From a virus (lineage: Duplodnaviria; Caudoviricetes): a stretch of DNA of 53,902 nucleotides. Positions within the stretch are counted from its first letter, which is position 1; every line of letters starts with the position of its first letter. The stretch covers positions 1-53,902 of IMG/VR virus record IMGVR_UViG_3300042335_000111. One strand, written 5' to 3'. The translations under genes and the position numbers were made by a program. Under the pieces are notes generated by a model. That model made no database searches. It saw only the letters and a list, made by a program, of their open reading frames with translations, and was not told the origin of the DNA. This document shows positions 28,380 through 38,122 of the stretch, piece by piece.

Positions 28380-31300
28380 CAGCAGAAGAATACCTAAATC
28401 AATCGCTTGGCTCATCTGACACTGGAATGAGTGCAGACTTGTTTCTTGATGAACAACTAAAAGAACCAGCGGACACTTCTATTGGTGATACACTTCAAAA
28501 GACTGCTGCTGATTTGGAAATGTCGATTGCTGACATTCCACTTGCATTGGGCGAAGCATTTTCTGGCTTAACGAAAACTGTTCCTGCTTCTTTTTATGCA
28601 GCTAAAGAAGGTCTTGCAAGACCAGATCAATACTCAAAAGAAGCTCTTGCTGCATTTGATACCCAACGAGAATACTTTAAAAAGTTAGAACAAGAAGCTG
28701 CCACAAGGAAAGCTGAAGGCAGAATGACGACTGCTGGTGAAGCTATTCGTGGCGCGGGTCAAAGTCTTGGATTTACTGTTGCTGGTATGGCTCCAGCTAT
28801 TGCGGGTGGAGCGATTGCTGGTGCTGCTGCTGGTGCTTTGTTTCCTCCCGCTGAAGTAGCTACTATTCCTATTGGAGCTATTGCTGGTGGTATTGGATCA
28901 ATGGTTGCATCTGCACCAGTTTCATATCGAATGGCGGGTGGACAATTCTTGTATGATGCCTTCAAATCATTAGAAGAAAACAAAGGTAGTCCGCTTACTG
29001 AAGAAGAAAAAACGAAAGCGTATAATGAACTTCTTCCTATCGCGCAGAACACAGCTTTGTGGGAAGCAGGGCCAGAGGCTATTGGTAATGCAGTTCAACT
29101 TGGCGCATTGAAATATGCTTTTGGATTTGGAAAGAAAGCAGCAACGAATGTAGCAGGCCAAGCAATTGAAAAAGCAAATAATACTTTATTGAAAAAAGTT
29201 GGTGCAGTTGCTGGAGGGCAAGCGATTGAACTTGCTGGTGAAACTATCACCCAAACACAGCAAGGGCCAGACCAAGCAAAGATGGAACAGTATGTTCAAA
29301 CTGGTTCTACCGCTGGCGCACCCAATGAATATGAGGGATTAGCAGGCGCAGTAAAAGCCTTTAAAGAAGTTGCTCCAACCACATTGGCATTGGGTGCTAT
29401 TACGGCAGGCGCGGGTGGAGTTGTAAAGGTTGCTGGCATGGGTGGAAAAGAAGTTGGCAAAGTATTATTTACCAAACCCAAAACTCCAGAGCAAATTGCT
29501 GAAGATCAAATAAACGATGCTTCTAATAGGGTAGCAAACGATCTTTCGATTTCACCAGACGATACAGAAGCAAACAATCTTAACCAACAGATTAAGGCAT
29601 TGTCTGAAGTTCAAGAGATACGCAAGCAAACCTTGGCCGCGATTGAGCCTACAAGTAGGGAAGCGCAAACTCTCAAACTTGATATAGCCGAAGGTGAAAC
29701 AATGCTTGGTGAGCTTAACCAAAACCTCACAAAGCTGACAGGATTATCGGAAACGATAACCGAAGCAGGGAAGCAACAGATTGAGTTGGCAAGAGCGATT
29801 ACTGCGAAGCCAAAGACAGAAGAAGAACTTCGCTCTCGTTTTGATGAATTAAAAGTAAAGGCAGAAGGAACAAAACAAACAGAGCAAACGCTTCCAGATG
29901 GAACAAAAATAGTAATGCCTGCTGTAGAAGGTCAACTTCTATCATTGGAAGAAGGAGGCGAGTATCGACAACTCAAACAAAAGTTTGAACCTACGCCTGC
30001 CGCTCCAGTCACTCCCGCTGCCAAGGTTGCTCCACCTACCGAACCAACTATTAAGGAATCCTTACCAGTTGCCCCAGAAGCCCCCGCTATTACGCCTGCC
30101 CCTGTAGAGGAAGTTGCACCTGCTGAAGAGCCATACAAAATTTCCAAACAACCTCCTACGCTTCCAGAAGCCAATGCGCCTGCTACTCCTGCTGTTGGAA
30201 AACCATCACCAACAAAACGCATTAGCCCAGAAAGGGCATCGCAACTTCAAAGTTTAGGATTTATATCAAATAGTGATCCCGGCATAAGTATTGAGACAGC
30301 ACCCAATCCCCCTGCTTTTGGTGGTGGTTGGGTAGCAAACGCAGATGAACTTGAGCGTCGAGTTGTTTATCGTGATGAAAAAGGAAAGCCTAAAGGATAC
30401 CTTCGATTTTACATTAAAGAACAAGGCAGTAAAGCGGTTGATGCAACTGAAGGCTTAGAAGTTTATGTAGAACCAGAATATCGTCGCAAAGGAATCGCAA
30501 AACAACTTTACGCAACGGCATCTCAAGCTGGATACGATGTAATGTCTGTATCTGGAACTGGAGCGGTTAGCGAAGCAGGAGCCGCATTAAGCGCAGCACT
30601 TAAACAACCTGCCCCCGTAGCCGAGACTCCTGCTGTAACACCCGCCGCAGAGGTTGCGCCTACTTCATGGATTGCTCCAGAGCAAAAACTAACACCTCAA
30701 GAAAGTAGGGCGTTGCAAGTAGCAAACTTGAGAGGAACAGAAAAACGGACAGGCAATATTACTTTTGTTCCAGAAAAACTAATGACACCGCAAAGGTTGC
30801 AATCATTACGAACAGAACAAGAATCTTCTGGAACATTAAAAAGATTTCCAAAGGGAGGAAAGTTTATTGAGATCAAAATGATGGCGGATGTGACTGGTGA
30901 TCCATACGCAAAAGGATGGGCTATCATTGATCGCAGACCTGATCTTAATAGGAGAGAATGGATTGCTCAAATACCAAGTCGAGATGAAAGAATTTTGGCT
31001 GGAAGTATTGCAAATAATGAGTCAGAAAAGATTGTTTCCGCAATAAAAGAGGGAATCATTACGCAAGAAAGATCAAATCAACTTGTTGATGAGGCAGCAA
31101 ATAATCAAATAATCTCATCTGATTTTGCTAATAATTTAAAGACTGCTATCAGTAATTCCACCCCCGCAGCATCGGAAACGATAACACCCGCCGCAGAACC
31201 CGCAGCTAAACCAAAACTCGGTGAAAAAGGTGGCGTTCTAATCCCATCAAGAGAAGACTTCATCCAAGCAGGACAGAACATCTACGAAGCTGGCATGGAG

Positions 31301-34300
31301 TTTGGCACATGGGCCAAGCAAATGATCCAGCAATTTGGTGATGTGGTCAGAGAGTTCCTTGGTGAAGTATGGCAAGCGGTGAGTGGGATGCCAGCAAAGT
31401 TGAATGAAGTGATGGGCTATCTTCCCAAGAAGGGTGAAGGTGGTGAACTATCCTTTGGTAAGACAGGGAAACTCAAACGCTATACCGACAAAGGAACGAT
31501 TGTAAAACTTGCCATCAAGCAAGAGAAGGATACGCCAAAAGGTATATTATCGGAAACGATAAAGATCATTAAGCAAAGAGTATTTGATGGTGACTCTACT
31601 CCATCTGAATCTGCTACTAAAAAAGCATGGGGATTGATTGAGCGGTTGGTAGTAACCAATCCAGATTCGACAAGCACCGCAGAAGCTATCAACCAACTTA
31701 CCCGCGAAACCATGCAGGAGGTGAGTGTAGCAGAAGACGCAACTGAAGGCGAGCGTCAAGCATTTGAGGCCATCAAACAAACTGTCGGCGCAACCAAACT
31801 CAACAACGAGCTATACAAGTATGCCATCAAGTTAGCGGGGCAGGGCGATGATTCCATGTTGAATTATCTACTCAACAATGAACTAAATGTAGTTGGAACA
31901 AGCGTCAGATCGGTTGGAGATGTTGGAAGAACCCTTGGAGCATTGGCTGGGCTTAAAAGTTATATCATCCAAGCCAACGAAGCAGAACAAGCAGGATTCA
32001 TCCAACTGGCAGCACAGAGATTCTTCAACACAACGACACCAACTGAAGATCAGATTGCCAAAATCAAAAGAATTCTTACTGCTGTAAACGAAACAAAGGT
32101 AAACGAGGAAGAAGCAATCCTTGAAGAACTCACTCAAGTAGGAGAGAAGATCGGGACTGAACTCGTAGAGAACATCAATACCCAAATTGATAAAGCATCC
32201 AAGCCAGAGGTGAAAGACCCAATGGTTGCCGCTATAACCGCAATGCTGAAACTTGGTGGAACCTTTGTTTATAGGAAGACCAAGAACAAAATCAAAGCAG
32301 CGGTAGAGAAAACAATCAAGGGTGGCATCACAAATTATAGGAACAAACTGGTAGAGGGTGCGGCTAACGGATTGGAGACTGGATTCTGGAAGACACTTTC
32401 ATCTAAAGAAAACAAACCCGGCCCACTTGGAGAACTTGACTCTGCACAGAACAGGGAACTCGGTAACATAGTCAAAAACACATTGGTATCAATGAAGCTG
32501 CAAGGCAAGCCGCCGAATACCAAGATGTCCGTTTATAAGCAAGTAGCCAGCATCCTTGGGGAAAAACCACTCTCTCAAGATAAAATCAATTCTGCTGATG
32601 AAAAAATTAGGGCAGAGATAAATCGTAAACGGGAAAAAGAACTTGAAGAAACCGAAGATCAGGATGTTCAAGATGCCATCAACCTCAAATATGATCGAAT
32701 AGAATTTGCTTGGGATGAAGCAATGTCTCGCAACTTGGATATGCCAGTAAGCGATACCATGCTTCGCAGGTTAATTTTCAATGAACTGAAGGAAGGCAAG
32801 ACGAGCATCGCTAAACTTGCCGCCTTGATGGATGAGGAACCTACAATTGGAACAGTCAGGCAGGATAGAATCGTATCATCTATCATCAACAAGATTGCTG
32901 GTGTTACATTTGAAGGGCAGAATCCAGCAGATTACACGGCACTCAAAGAATACTTGGGTAATCAACTTGAGTTATTGGTTCAAGAAAAACAAACCGAAAA
33001 GAAAGTTGTTAAGGCCAAGGAGAAGGTCAAAGCAAACCAAGGGCAAAACGAACTTGATAAGCTGGCAAGGATTCAATCTGATACACCTAACTTCCCCACT
33101 TCAGAGAAGGTAGCCAACCCAGTAAGGGATGCCGTAAGGAATGCTCTTAAACTTGTTCTGAATCCAATGTTTGATCCGAAAGCGGCAGCGGATATAATGC
33201 GGAATTGGAAGAAGGAGTTTGCTGCTGAACTCCAACAACTCGGAGTCGATGAAGCTACGGCACTAACTCTAACAGATGTTGTAGGCAGGCAGATTGAATT
33301 GGATTCCGTTAGTAAGAACCTTGATTCAATCGACAATGCCATTAACAAGGGTGCGCTTAGTGGAGTAATCAATGCTATCAAGAACACTCCGCTGGCAGAC
33401 CAACAGAAACCTAACTGGAGATATGAAGTCATGCGTGACTATCTCCGCAGTGCAGGACTTTCCATGGCGCAGGCTGAGAAGATTGCGAAGTTGATGGACA
33501 TCTCGCTCCAAAAACGATTCGCTAAGGCTCAAGAAGAAGCGGCGGCATCCATTGCAAAAACAATTTTAGGAGGTATCAAACCAGAATCAAATCGAGGATT
33601 CACGGCATTGATCCAAGCGATCCGCGCCCAAGTCTTGAACCCCGGCAGCAATGTTGCTATGGAGTTTGGTCGCGCTATGGGATGGAAAGGATTCACCCCA
33701 GAGCAACTAAAAGCTCTGAATGAATTTGATTCCAAGATCAATGATGAAACGATTACTGAGGCAGAACGAGCAGTAGCACTTGAAGGAATCAAGAAGATCA
33801 TTGATAAGGTTTCTCTACCTACAAAGGTTAGGAATGCTATCTCAGCTTTCTATATTGGCAATGCTCTCGGAAGGTTCACAGTTGCTACAGTGCAGGTTAT
33901 TGACCCTATCATATTTTCTATGTGGGACGCAGCGGTTGCCAGCGCACGAAATGTAACAAGTCCATCCCAAGTCATGCAGATATGGGGGAACTTTGGCTCC
34001 TCCTTGATAAATGCTGCAAATGAATTTGCTTTCTCATTCAAGAACGATGTTACCAGAAGTGGTAGGTTAGTTGACTACCTTGAGACTCAAGACAGAAAGC
34101 TAAAGCGACTTTTGAATGACGCTAATAATTTGTGGAAAAGTGGTAAGTATATTCAAGCTACTAAGAAATATCTTTTTGGTTCTGCTGAAATAACATCCAG
34201 AGTTTTAAAGGCACTCGATGATGCTGCATTTTCTCTCCTCCAGCAGAACGCTTTGAATCAATACATGATTTCAGCGATGAACATGGCGAAGATTCCAAAG

Positions 34301-35836
34301 AAAGATCAGCTTGCAACCTTGAGGATGATTACTCAAGCGCGGCAGATGGACATTGCGGATATGATGGCAACCGGAATCAAGAAGAATGATGCTACCATCT
34401 ACGCTAATGAGCGGATGAAAGCTGAGATTTCAAAGGCGATGTCTGGATTGAACCTTAACTCTACTGAGATTATTGATTCTGCTATCAATGAATCATTGTC
34501 TCGTATTGGTAAAACGAGATTCAAAGAACAGTTGTCAGGTGAGACTGAACTAAAAGATGAGGGAACATTATCTTATCCTTTCCTTAAAATATATGAATTA
34601 ACATCTCAGGCAATTTCTGGAGTCAAAGGAAAGCGCGGTGAGGCAATGCGTATTTTCCAAAGAATGTTTTTTGGATTCCCTTTGATCGTAGCGCGAGTTG
34701 CAAATGTTGCTTATGGTTACACTCCGCTTACAATTTATCGTCATGCAATGCAGAAAAAGTTTGGTAATTACCCACTTACATACGGCACTGCAATTCAAAG
34801 ACGCAAACGACTTGCAGAACAGTTAGCAGGAACAGCAGTTCTTCTTCCTCTTTTATTCTTACGATCAATGTCATTTGATGATGATGATGATAAAAAGCCA
34901 ATCAGCATTGTCTTCACTGGGTTTGGCCCAGTTAGATCGAAAGACCCAGAGGCATACAATCAATGGAACAAGAAGCATAATCCGGGGTCTCTTGAGATTT
35001 TTATCGGTGGCAATAGGTATGCCCTTGACTCAAAATCAGCAGGGCCATTGAAACCTATGATTGAAATCTTGGGGGCTATTGATGATTGGCAAATCAGAAA
35101 ATTCCAAGACAACGCAAAGTTGACCAAGGAGGAAATTAAGAAAGTGGAAGAGAATGCTGGATTGCTTGGAACACTTGGACAAATTGCTGGTTCGTTTGCA
35201 CTGACTGCTGCAAGGCGTGGCCCTGCTACTGGCTTGATGCAAGGCTTGATTGATTTCCGTAGATACCCAGATGATCCTATTGCCGCGATAGCACAAGAAG
35301 CATCATTCTCTTTGATTCCATTGATTCCAGTAGCGGGATTCGGTGCTACCAAAAACATCTCTGACTTTTTATCGGAACCGATAGACACAAGAACTAAAGA
35401 AGGTGCGATTCTGAATAACATCCCGATCATCGGGCCTATGTTTGGCAAGCCTGCCATCAATGCCTTTGGTCAACCCATCGGTGATATTGAGATTTCAGAG
35501 AAGATCAAGAAGTCAATCGGCATTCCTATCACACTCGTTCCTGTTAGTTCTGGTGATGATGCCAAGCTCGCCAAGATTACTCTCAAGAATGCCAATGGGC
35601 CAGAACCGCTACAAAGAAATTGGTTTGATGCAAAGTTTGAAACTCCGTTGTCAGATCAAGAGTGGAGAACAGTGAACGAGGACTACGCGAGATCAAATCG
35701 GAAAACAGTTTTAGAGAACTACGAAGAGTTGAATGGGTTTGATCCAGAGATATACAAGACTGCAATTTCAAATGTTGGAACTGCGTCGAAGTATAGTGCG
35801 CTCGACAATCTTTACAAGGCTCGCAAAAAGCCTTGA
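28376..35836 (+). CDS. Large polyvalent internal virion protein with an embedded GNAT domain
   Basis: 2486 aa, N-terminal G/A-rich TM-like segments, VYVEPEYRRKGIAKQLY acetyl-CoA motif, helical C-terminal region. Confidence 0.7.
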   Translation: MTAEEYLNQSLGSSDTGMSADLFLDEQLKEPADTSIGDTLQKTAADLEMSIADIPLALGEAFSGLTKTVPASFYAAKEGLARPDQYSKEALAAFDTQREYFKKLEQEAATRKAEGRMTTAGEAIRGAGQSLGFTVAGMAPAIAGGAIAGAAAGALFPPAEVATIPIGAIAGGIGSMVASAPVSYRMAGGQFLYDAFKSLEENKGSPLTEEEKTKAYNELLPIAQNTALWEAGPEAIGNAVQLGALKYAFGFGKKAATNVAGQAIEKANNTLLKKVGAVAGGQAIELAGETITQTQQGPDQAKMEQYVQTGSTAGAPNEYEGLAGAVKAFKEVAPTTLALGAITAGAGGVVKVAGMGGKEVGKVLFTKPKTPEQIAEDQINDASNRVANDLSISPDDTEANNLNQQIKALSEVQEIRKQTLAAIEPTSREAQTLKLDIAEGETMLGELNQNLTKLTGLSETITEAGKQQIELARAITAKPKTEEELRSRFDELKVKAEGTKQTEQTLPDGTKIVMPAVEGQLLSLEEGGEYRQLKQKFEPTPAAPVTPAAKVAPPTEPTIKESLPVAPEAPAITPAPVEEVAPAEEPYKISKQPPTLPEANAPATPAVGKPSPTKRISPERASQLQSLGFISNSDPGISIETAPNPPAFGGGWVANADELERRVVYRDEKGKPKGYLRFYIKEQGSKAVDATEGLEVYVEPEYRRKGIAKQLYATASQAGYDVMSVSGTGAVSEAGAALSAALKQPAPVAETPAVTPAAEVAPTSWIAPEQKLTPQESRALQVANLRGTEKRTGNITFVPEKLMTPQRLQSLRTEQESSGTLKRFPKGGKFIEIKMMADVTGDPYAKGWAIIDRRPDLNRREWIAQIPSRDERILAGSIANNESEKIVSAIKEGIITQERSNQLVDEAANNQIISSDFANNLKTAISNSTPAASETITPAAEPAAKPKLGEKGGVLIPSREDFIQAGQNIYEAGMEFGTWAKQMIQQFGDVVREFLGEVWQAVSGMPAKLNEVMGYLPKKGEGGELSFGKTGKLKRYTDKGTIVKLAIKQEKDTPKGILSETIKIIKQRVFDGDSTPSESATKKAWGLIERLVVTNPDSTSTAEAINQLTRETMQEVSVAEDATEGERQAFEAIKQTVGATKLNNELYKYAIKLAGQGDDSMLNYLLNNELNVVGTSVRSVGDVGRTLGALAGLKSYIIQANEAEQAGFIQLAAQRFFNTTTPTEDQIAKIKRILTAVNETKVNEEEAILEELTQVGEKIGTELVENINTQIDKASKPEVKDPMVAAITAMLKLGGTFVYRKTKNKIKAAVEKTIKGGITNYRNKLVEGAANGLETGFWKTLSSKENKPGPLGELDSAQNRELGNIVKNTLVSMKLQGKPPNTKMSVYKQVASILGEKPLSQDKINSADEKIRAEINRKREKELEETEDQDVQDAINLKYDRIEFAWDEAMSRNLDMPVSDTMLRRLIFNELKEGKTSIAKLAALMDEEPTIGTVRQDRIVSSIINKIAGVTFEGQNPADYTALKEYLGNQLELLVQEKQTEKKVVKAKEKVKANQGQNELDKLARIQSDTPNFPTSEKVANPVRDAVRNALKLVLNPMFDPKAAADIMRNWKKEFAAELQQLGVDEATALTLTDVVGRQIELDSVSKNLDSIDNAINKGALSGVINAIKNTPLADQQKPNWRYEVMRDYLRSAGLSMAQAEKIAKLMDISLQKRFAKAQEEAAASIAKTILGGIKPESNRGFTALIQAIRAQVLNPGSNVAMEFGRAMGWKGFTPEQLKALNEFDSKINDETITEAERAVALEGIKKIIDKVSLPTKVRNAISAFYIGNALGRFTVATVQVIDPIIFSMWDAAVASARNVTSPSQVMQIWGNFGSSLINAANEFAFSFKNDVTRSGRLVDYLETQDRKLKRLLNDANNLWKSGKYIQATKKYLFGSAEITSRVLKALDDAAFSLLQQNALNQYMISAMNMAKIPKKDQLATLRMITQARQMDIADMMATGIKKNDATIYANERMKAEISKAMSGLNLNSTEIIDSAINESLSRIGKTRFKEQLSGETELKDEGTLSYPFLKIYELTSQAISGVKGKRGEAMRIFQRMFFGFPLIVARVANVAYGYTPLTIYRHAMQKKFGNYPLTYGTAIQRRKRLAEQLAGTAVLLPLLFLRSMSFDDDDDKKPISIVFTGFGPVRSKDPEAYNQWNKKHNPGSLEIFIGGNRYALDSKSAGPLKPMIEILGAIDDWQIRKFQDNAKLTKEEIKKVEENAGLLGTLGQIAGSFALTAARRGPATGLMQGLIDFRRYPDDPIAAIAQEASFSLIPLIPVAGFGATKNISDFLSEPIDTRTKEGAILNNIPIIGPMFGKPAINAFGQPIGDIEISEKIKKSIGIPITLVPVSSGDDAKLAKITLKNANGPEPLQRNWFDAKFETPLSDQEWRTVNEDYARSNRKTVLENYEELNGFDPEIYKTAISNVGTASKYSALDNLYKARKKP

Positions 35837-35935
35837 CACCCGCAGAGGCTCATGTAATCTACCTCCGCAGCTTGTTGCTGTTTCGTGTTATTCATTAGGG
35901 GACGCACCTCGGACTAAAATCTGGGGTGCGTTTTC
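35833..35935 (+). ncRNA. Candidate small RNA (promoter, ~70 nt, terminator)
   Basis: TTGACA(35833)-N16-TAATCT, no ORF, then ACGCACCTCGGA/TCTGGGGTGCGT hairpin and TTT. Confidence 0.4.
35901..35935 (+). terminator. Intrinsic terminator ending the structural operon
   Basis: 12-bp stem plus T tract. Confidence 0.75.
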
Positions 35936-35975
35936 TGTTATCGGAAACGATAATAAAAAAAACTACAAAAAAATG

Positions 35976-36003
35976 TTGACACGATAATCGTGGAATGTAG
36001 ATT
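35976..36003 (+). promoter_or_regulatory. Promoter for the recombination operon
   Basis: TTGACA-N16-TAGATT with an upstream A tract. Confidence 0.6.
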
Positions 36004-36042
36004 CGCCTTGTGGACGGCACAACACCCGTCCATAAAACACTA

Positions 36043-36261
36043 ATGAAAGATAAACCTACACCTACAAAAGCAACCGCTCCAAGTGAGCTTCAAAAAGAAA
36101 TCTACCTTCGCCTTATTTCTGCTACGGCAGCGGATGGCAAGTTCGATCTCGGCAATCTGGCATCTGCATCAGCAGTCATCAAAACTGGCGACCACCTCAA
36201 AGGCGTGTCGGAAATTCTCGCGGTCTGCTTTGAAGGCAAACTCCCAGCAGTTACCGAATAA
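36043..36261 (+). CDS. Hypothetical protein
   Basis: ORF, probable ATG start MKDKPTP. Confidence 0.6.
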   Translation: MKDKPTPTKATAPSELQKEIYLRLISATAADGKFDLGNLASASAVIKTGDHLKGVSEILAVCFEGKLPAVTE

Positions 36262-36422
36262 TGAGCCTTATTTGTAACGATGGGGAAGAGGAACCATACG
36301 ATCTATCTTCCGAAATAGAAGAAGAGAGAGAATCTGACTTTCTCCACAAGTGCGCTCACCGCGACATGGATCAAGGCATTCGACCTACTTACTGGGACGA
36401 ACCAAATGAAGATAACGAATAA
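36261..36422 (+). CDS. Small acidic protein, 53 aa; absent from the ORF track
   Basis: MSLICNDGEEEPYDLSSEIEEERESD...; TAATG coupling to the previous gene. Confidence 0.5.
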   Translation: MSLICNDGEEEPYDLSSEIEEERESDFLHKCAHRDMDQGIRPTYWDEPNEDNE

Positions 36423-37275
36423 CTTTTCACTCCCCGCACCTATGTTCCGCGCCTTGTCCCATGACGGGTATATGGCAGGAACTAAGAAGGCAGACATATC
36501 GGTGACAACCTTGATCGGCCCACCGAAGATCAACCAACTCAAGAAACGCTACTCCGACCAGATCGTGGAAGACGCATCCGATAGGGTGTGGGCATTGCTC
36601 GGTCAGTCGGTTCACAAGGTTCTTGAATTGGCTGGCGGCGAAGAAGAGATGACTGAGAAGCGTCTCTACAAAGAGATCAGTGGTTGGACACTCACGGGTC
36701 AGACTGACTTGTATGAGACGGGCAACCAAGTAATCTCAGACTTCAAAGTAACATCGGTATTCTCGTTCCTTCTCGGAGGAAAGACAGAGTGGGAAGCTCA
36801 GATCAATCTGAACGCCATGCTCTGGAGGGAATACGGATACCAAGTCAAGAAAGGTCAGATCGTCGCTATCCTTCGGGACTGGCAGGCGAGCAAGGCTGAG
36901 TTTGACAAAGAGTATCCCCAATGTGCAGTCCACATAGTAGACATACCATTGTGGGATAACGAAGAGGTAATCCGCTATGCTACAGAGAGGGTTAAACTTC
37001 ACCAAGCAGCGGCGGCTATGCCAGACGATACCATTCCTTGTTGTGATCCAAAGGAACGCTGGGCTAAACCAGATACCTTTGCCATAAAAAAAGATGGTAA
37101 TAAAAGAGCAGCAAAAGTGTGCGAGACATTTGAGGAAGCGCAACAACTCCTTCCTACCTATGGAGCGAAACACTCAATCGAAAAACGAAACGGCGGGGAT
37201 ATGCGATGCGAGCGTTACTGCTCAGTAGCACCCTTCTGTCACTACTACAAAGCAACATACAAATCAAATGAGTAA
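36406..37275 (+). CDS. PD-(D/E)XK exonuclease (RecB/Cas4-like)
   Basis: LLGQSVH...LTGQTDLY...ISDFKVT...QINLNA; C-terminal RCERYC..FC. Confidence 0.8.
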   Translation: MKITNNFSLPAPMFRALSHDGYMAGTKKADISVTTLIGPPKINQLKKRYSDQIVEDASDRVWALLGQSVHKVLELAGGEEEMTEKRLYKEISGWTLTGQTDLYETGNQVISDFKVTSVFSFLLGGKTEWEAQINLNAMLWREYGYQVKKGQIVAILRDWQASKAEFDKEYPQCAVHIVDIPLWDNEEVIRYATERVKLHQAAAAMPDDTIPCCDPKERWAKPDTFAIKKDGNKRAAKVCETFEEAQQLLPTYGAKHSIEKRNGGDMRCERYCSVAPFCHYYKATYKSNE

Positions 37276-38083
37276 CCAATTAGACGGCCTTGAGCCGAAA
37301 GACATCATAAAGAAAGTAACAGGGAAGATCACCAAACTCTTTCCAGAAAAGAAATTTGACGGCCAATACGGCCCAACTTCAGTGCAGAATGGTGAGATCG
37401 AAGTGGACGGACAAACATACAAACTTGCCTTTTGGAAGAACACTCAACCCGAATCTGCTAAAGGCAGGACAGTCACCTTATCCTCAACTCGCGGTAAGCA
37501 AGGGTTGAACGGACTTACCTTTGAAGAAGAATCCTACGAAAAAGAAGGAAAGAAAATTAAAAACTTTCTTATTCGGGTTTCAGCTTCAGCAAAGGTTGAA
37601 TACGATGGAGTGAGTGAAGAACCTGCGCGTGTAGCATCAACACCCAAGAGTATCGTAACCGATAATCCAGAGCAGGAGTTGGATAAGATAGTGGAGACTC
37701 ATCTTTACATCGACTCTTTGGTTCGCATGGCATACCTCGGTAAGGTCACAGATGAAGAGACTCTTCGGGCGTATGTCTCGTCGGTCTTCATCGAGGCTAA
37801 CCGCAAGGGCATCTCCATCGGCAAATCAGAACCAAAGTCTGAACCTAAAGTTGAAGAGCCAGCGCAACTCGATCCCGCTGATTGGGCATCTGCTATCGTT
37901 CCAAGTGGATCACACAAGGATAAGAAGCTTGGCGCAATCGGTAAACCTGCACTCACCAAACTCTACCAATTCTACTTGGAGAAGGGATTTAATACTCCAT
38001 TTGCCAAGTGCGTAGAGCAAGCCGCGATAGACTTCAGTCTCGATGCTCCTATTGAAGAGGAAGCAGACGAGATTCCATATTGA
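37268..38083 (+). CDS. ssDNA-binding protein (putative OB fold)
   Basis: VTGKITKLF..YGPTSVQNGEI..KLAFW; acidic C-terminal tip DEIPY. Confidence 0.65.
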   Translation: MSNQLDGLEPKDIIKKVTGKITKLFPEKKFDGQYGPTSVQNGEIEVDGQTYKLAFWKNTQPESAKGRTVTLSSTRGKQGLNGLTFEEESYEKEGKKIKNFLIRVSASAKVEYDGVSEEPARVASTPKSIVTDNPEQELDKIVETHLYIDSLVRMAYLGKVTDEETLRAYVSSVFIEANRKGISIGKSEPKSEPKVEEPAQLDPADWASAIVPSGSHKDKKLGAIGKPALTKLYQFYLEKGFNTPFAKCVEQAAIDFSLDAPIEEEADEIPY

Positions 38084-38122
38084 TTCTGTTCCTCCCAGAA
38101 CACCTAACCTAATAACACCAAA

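Noticed and set aside
36406-37275. Cas4 as part of a CRISPR system
   Set aside because: Stand-alone phage exonuclease next to an SSB; no array or other cas genes
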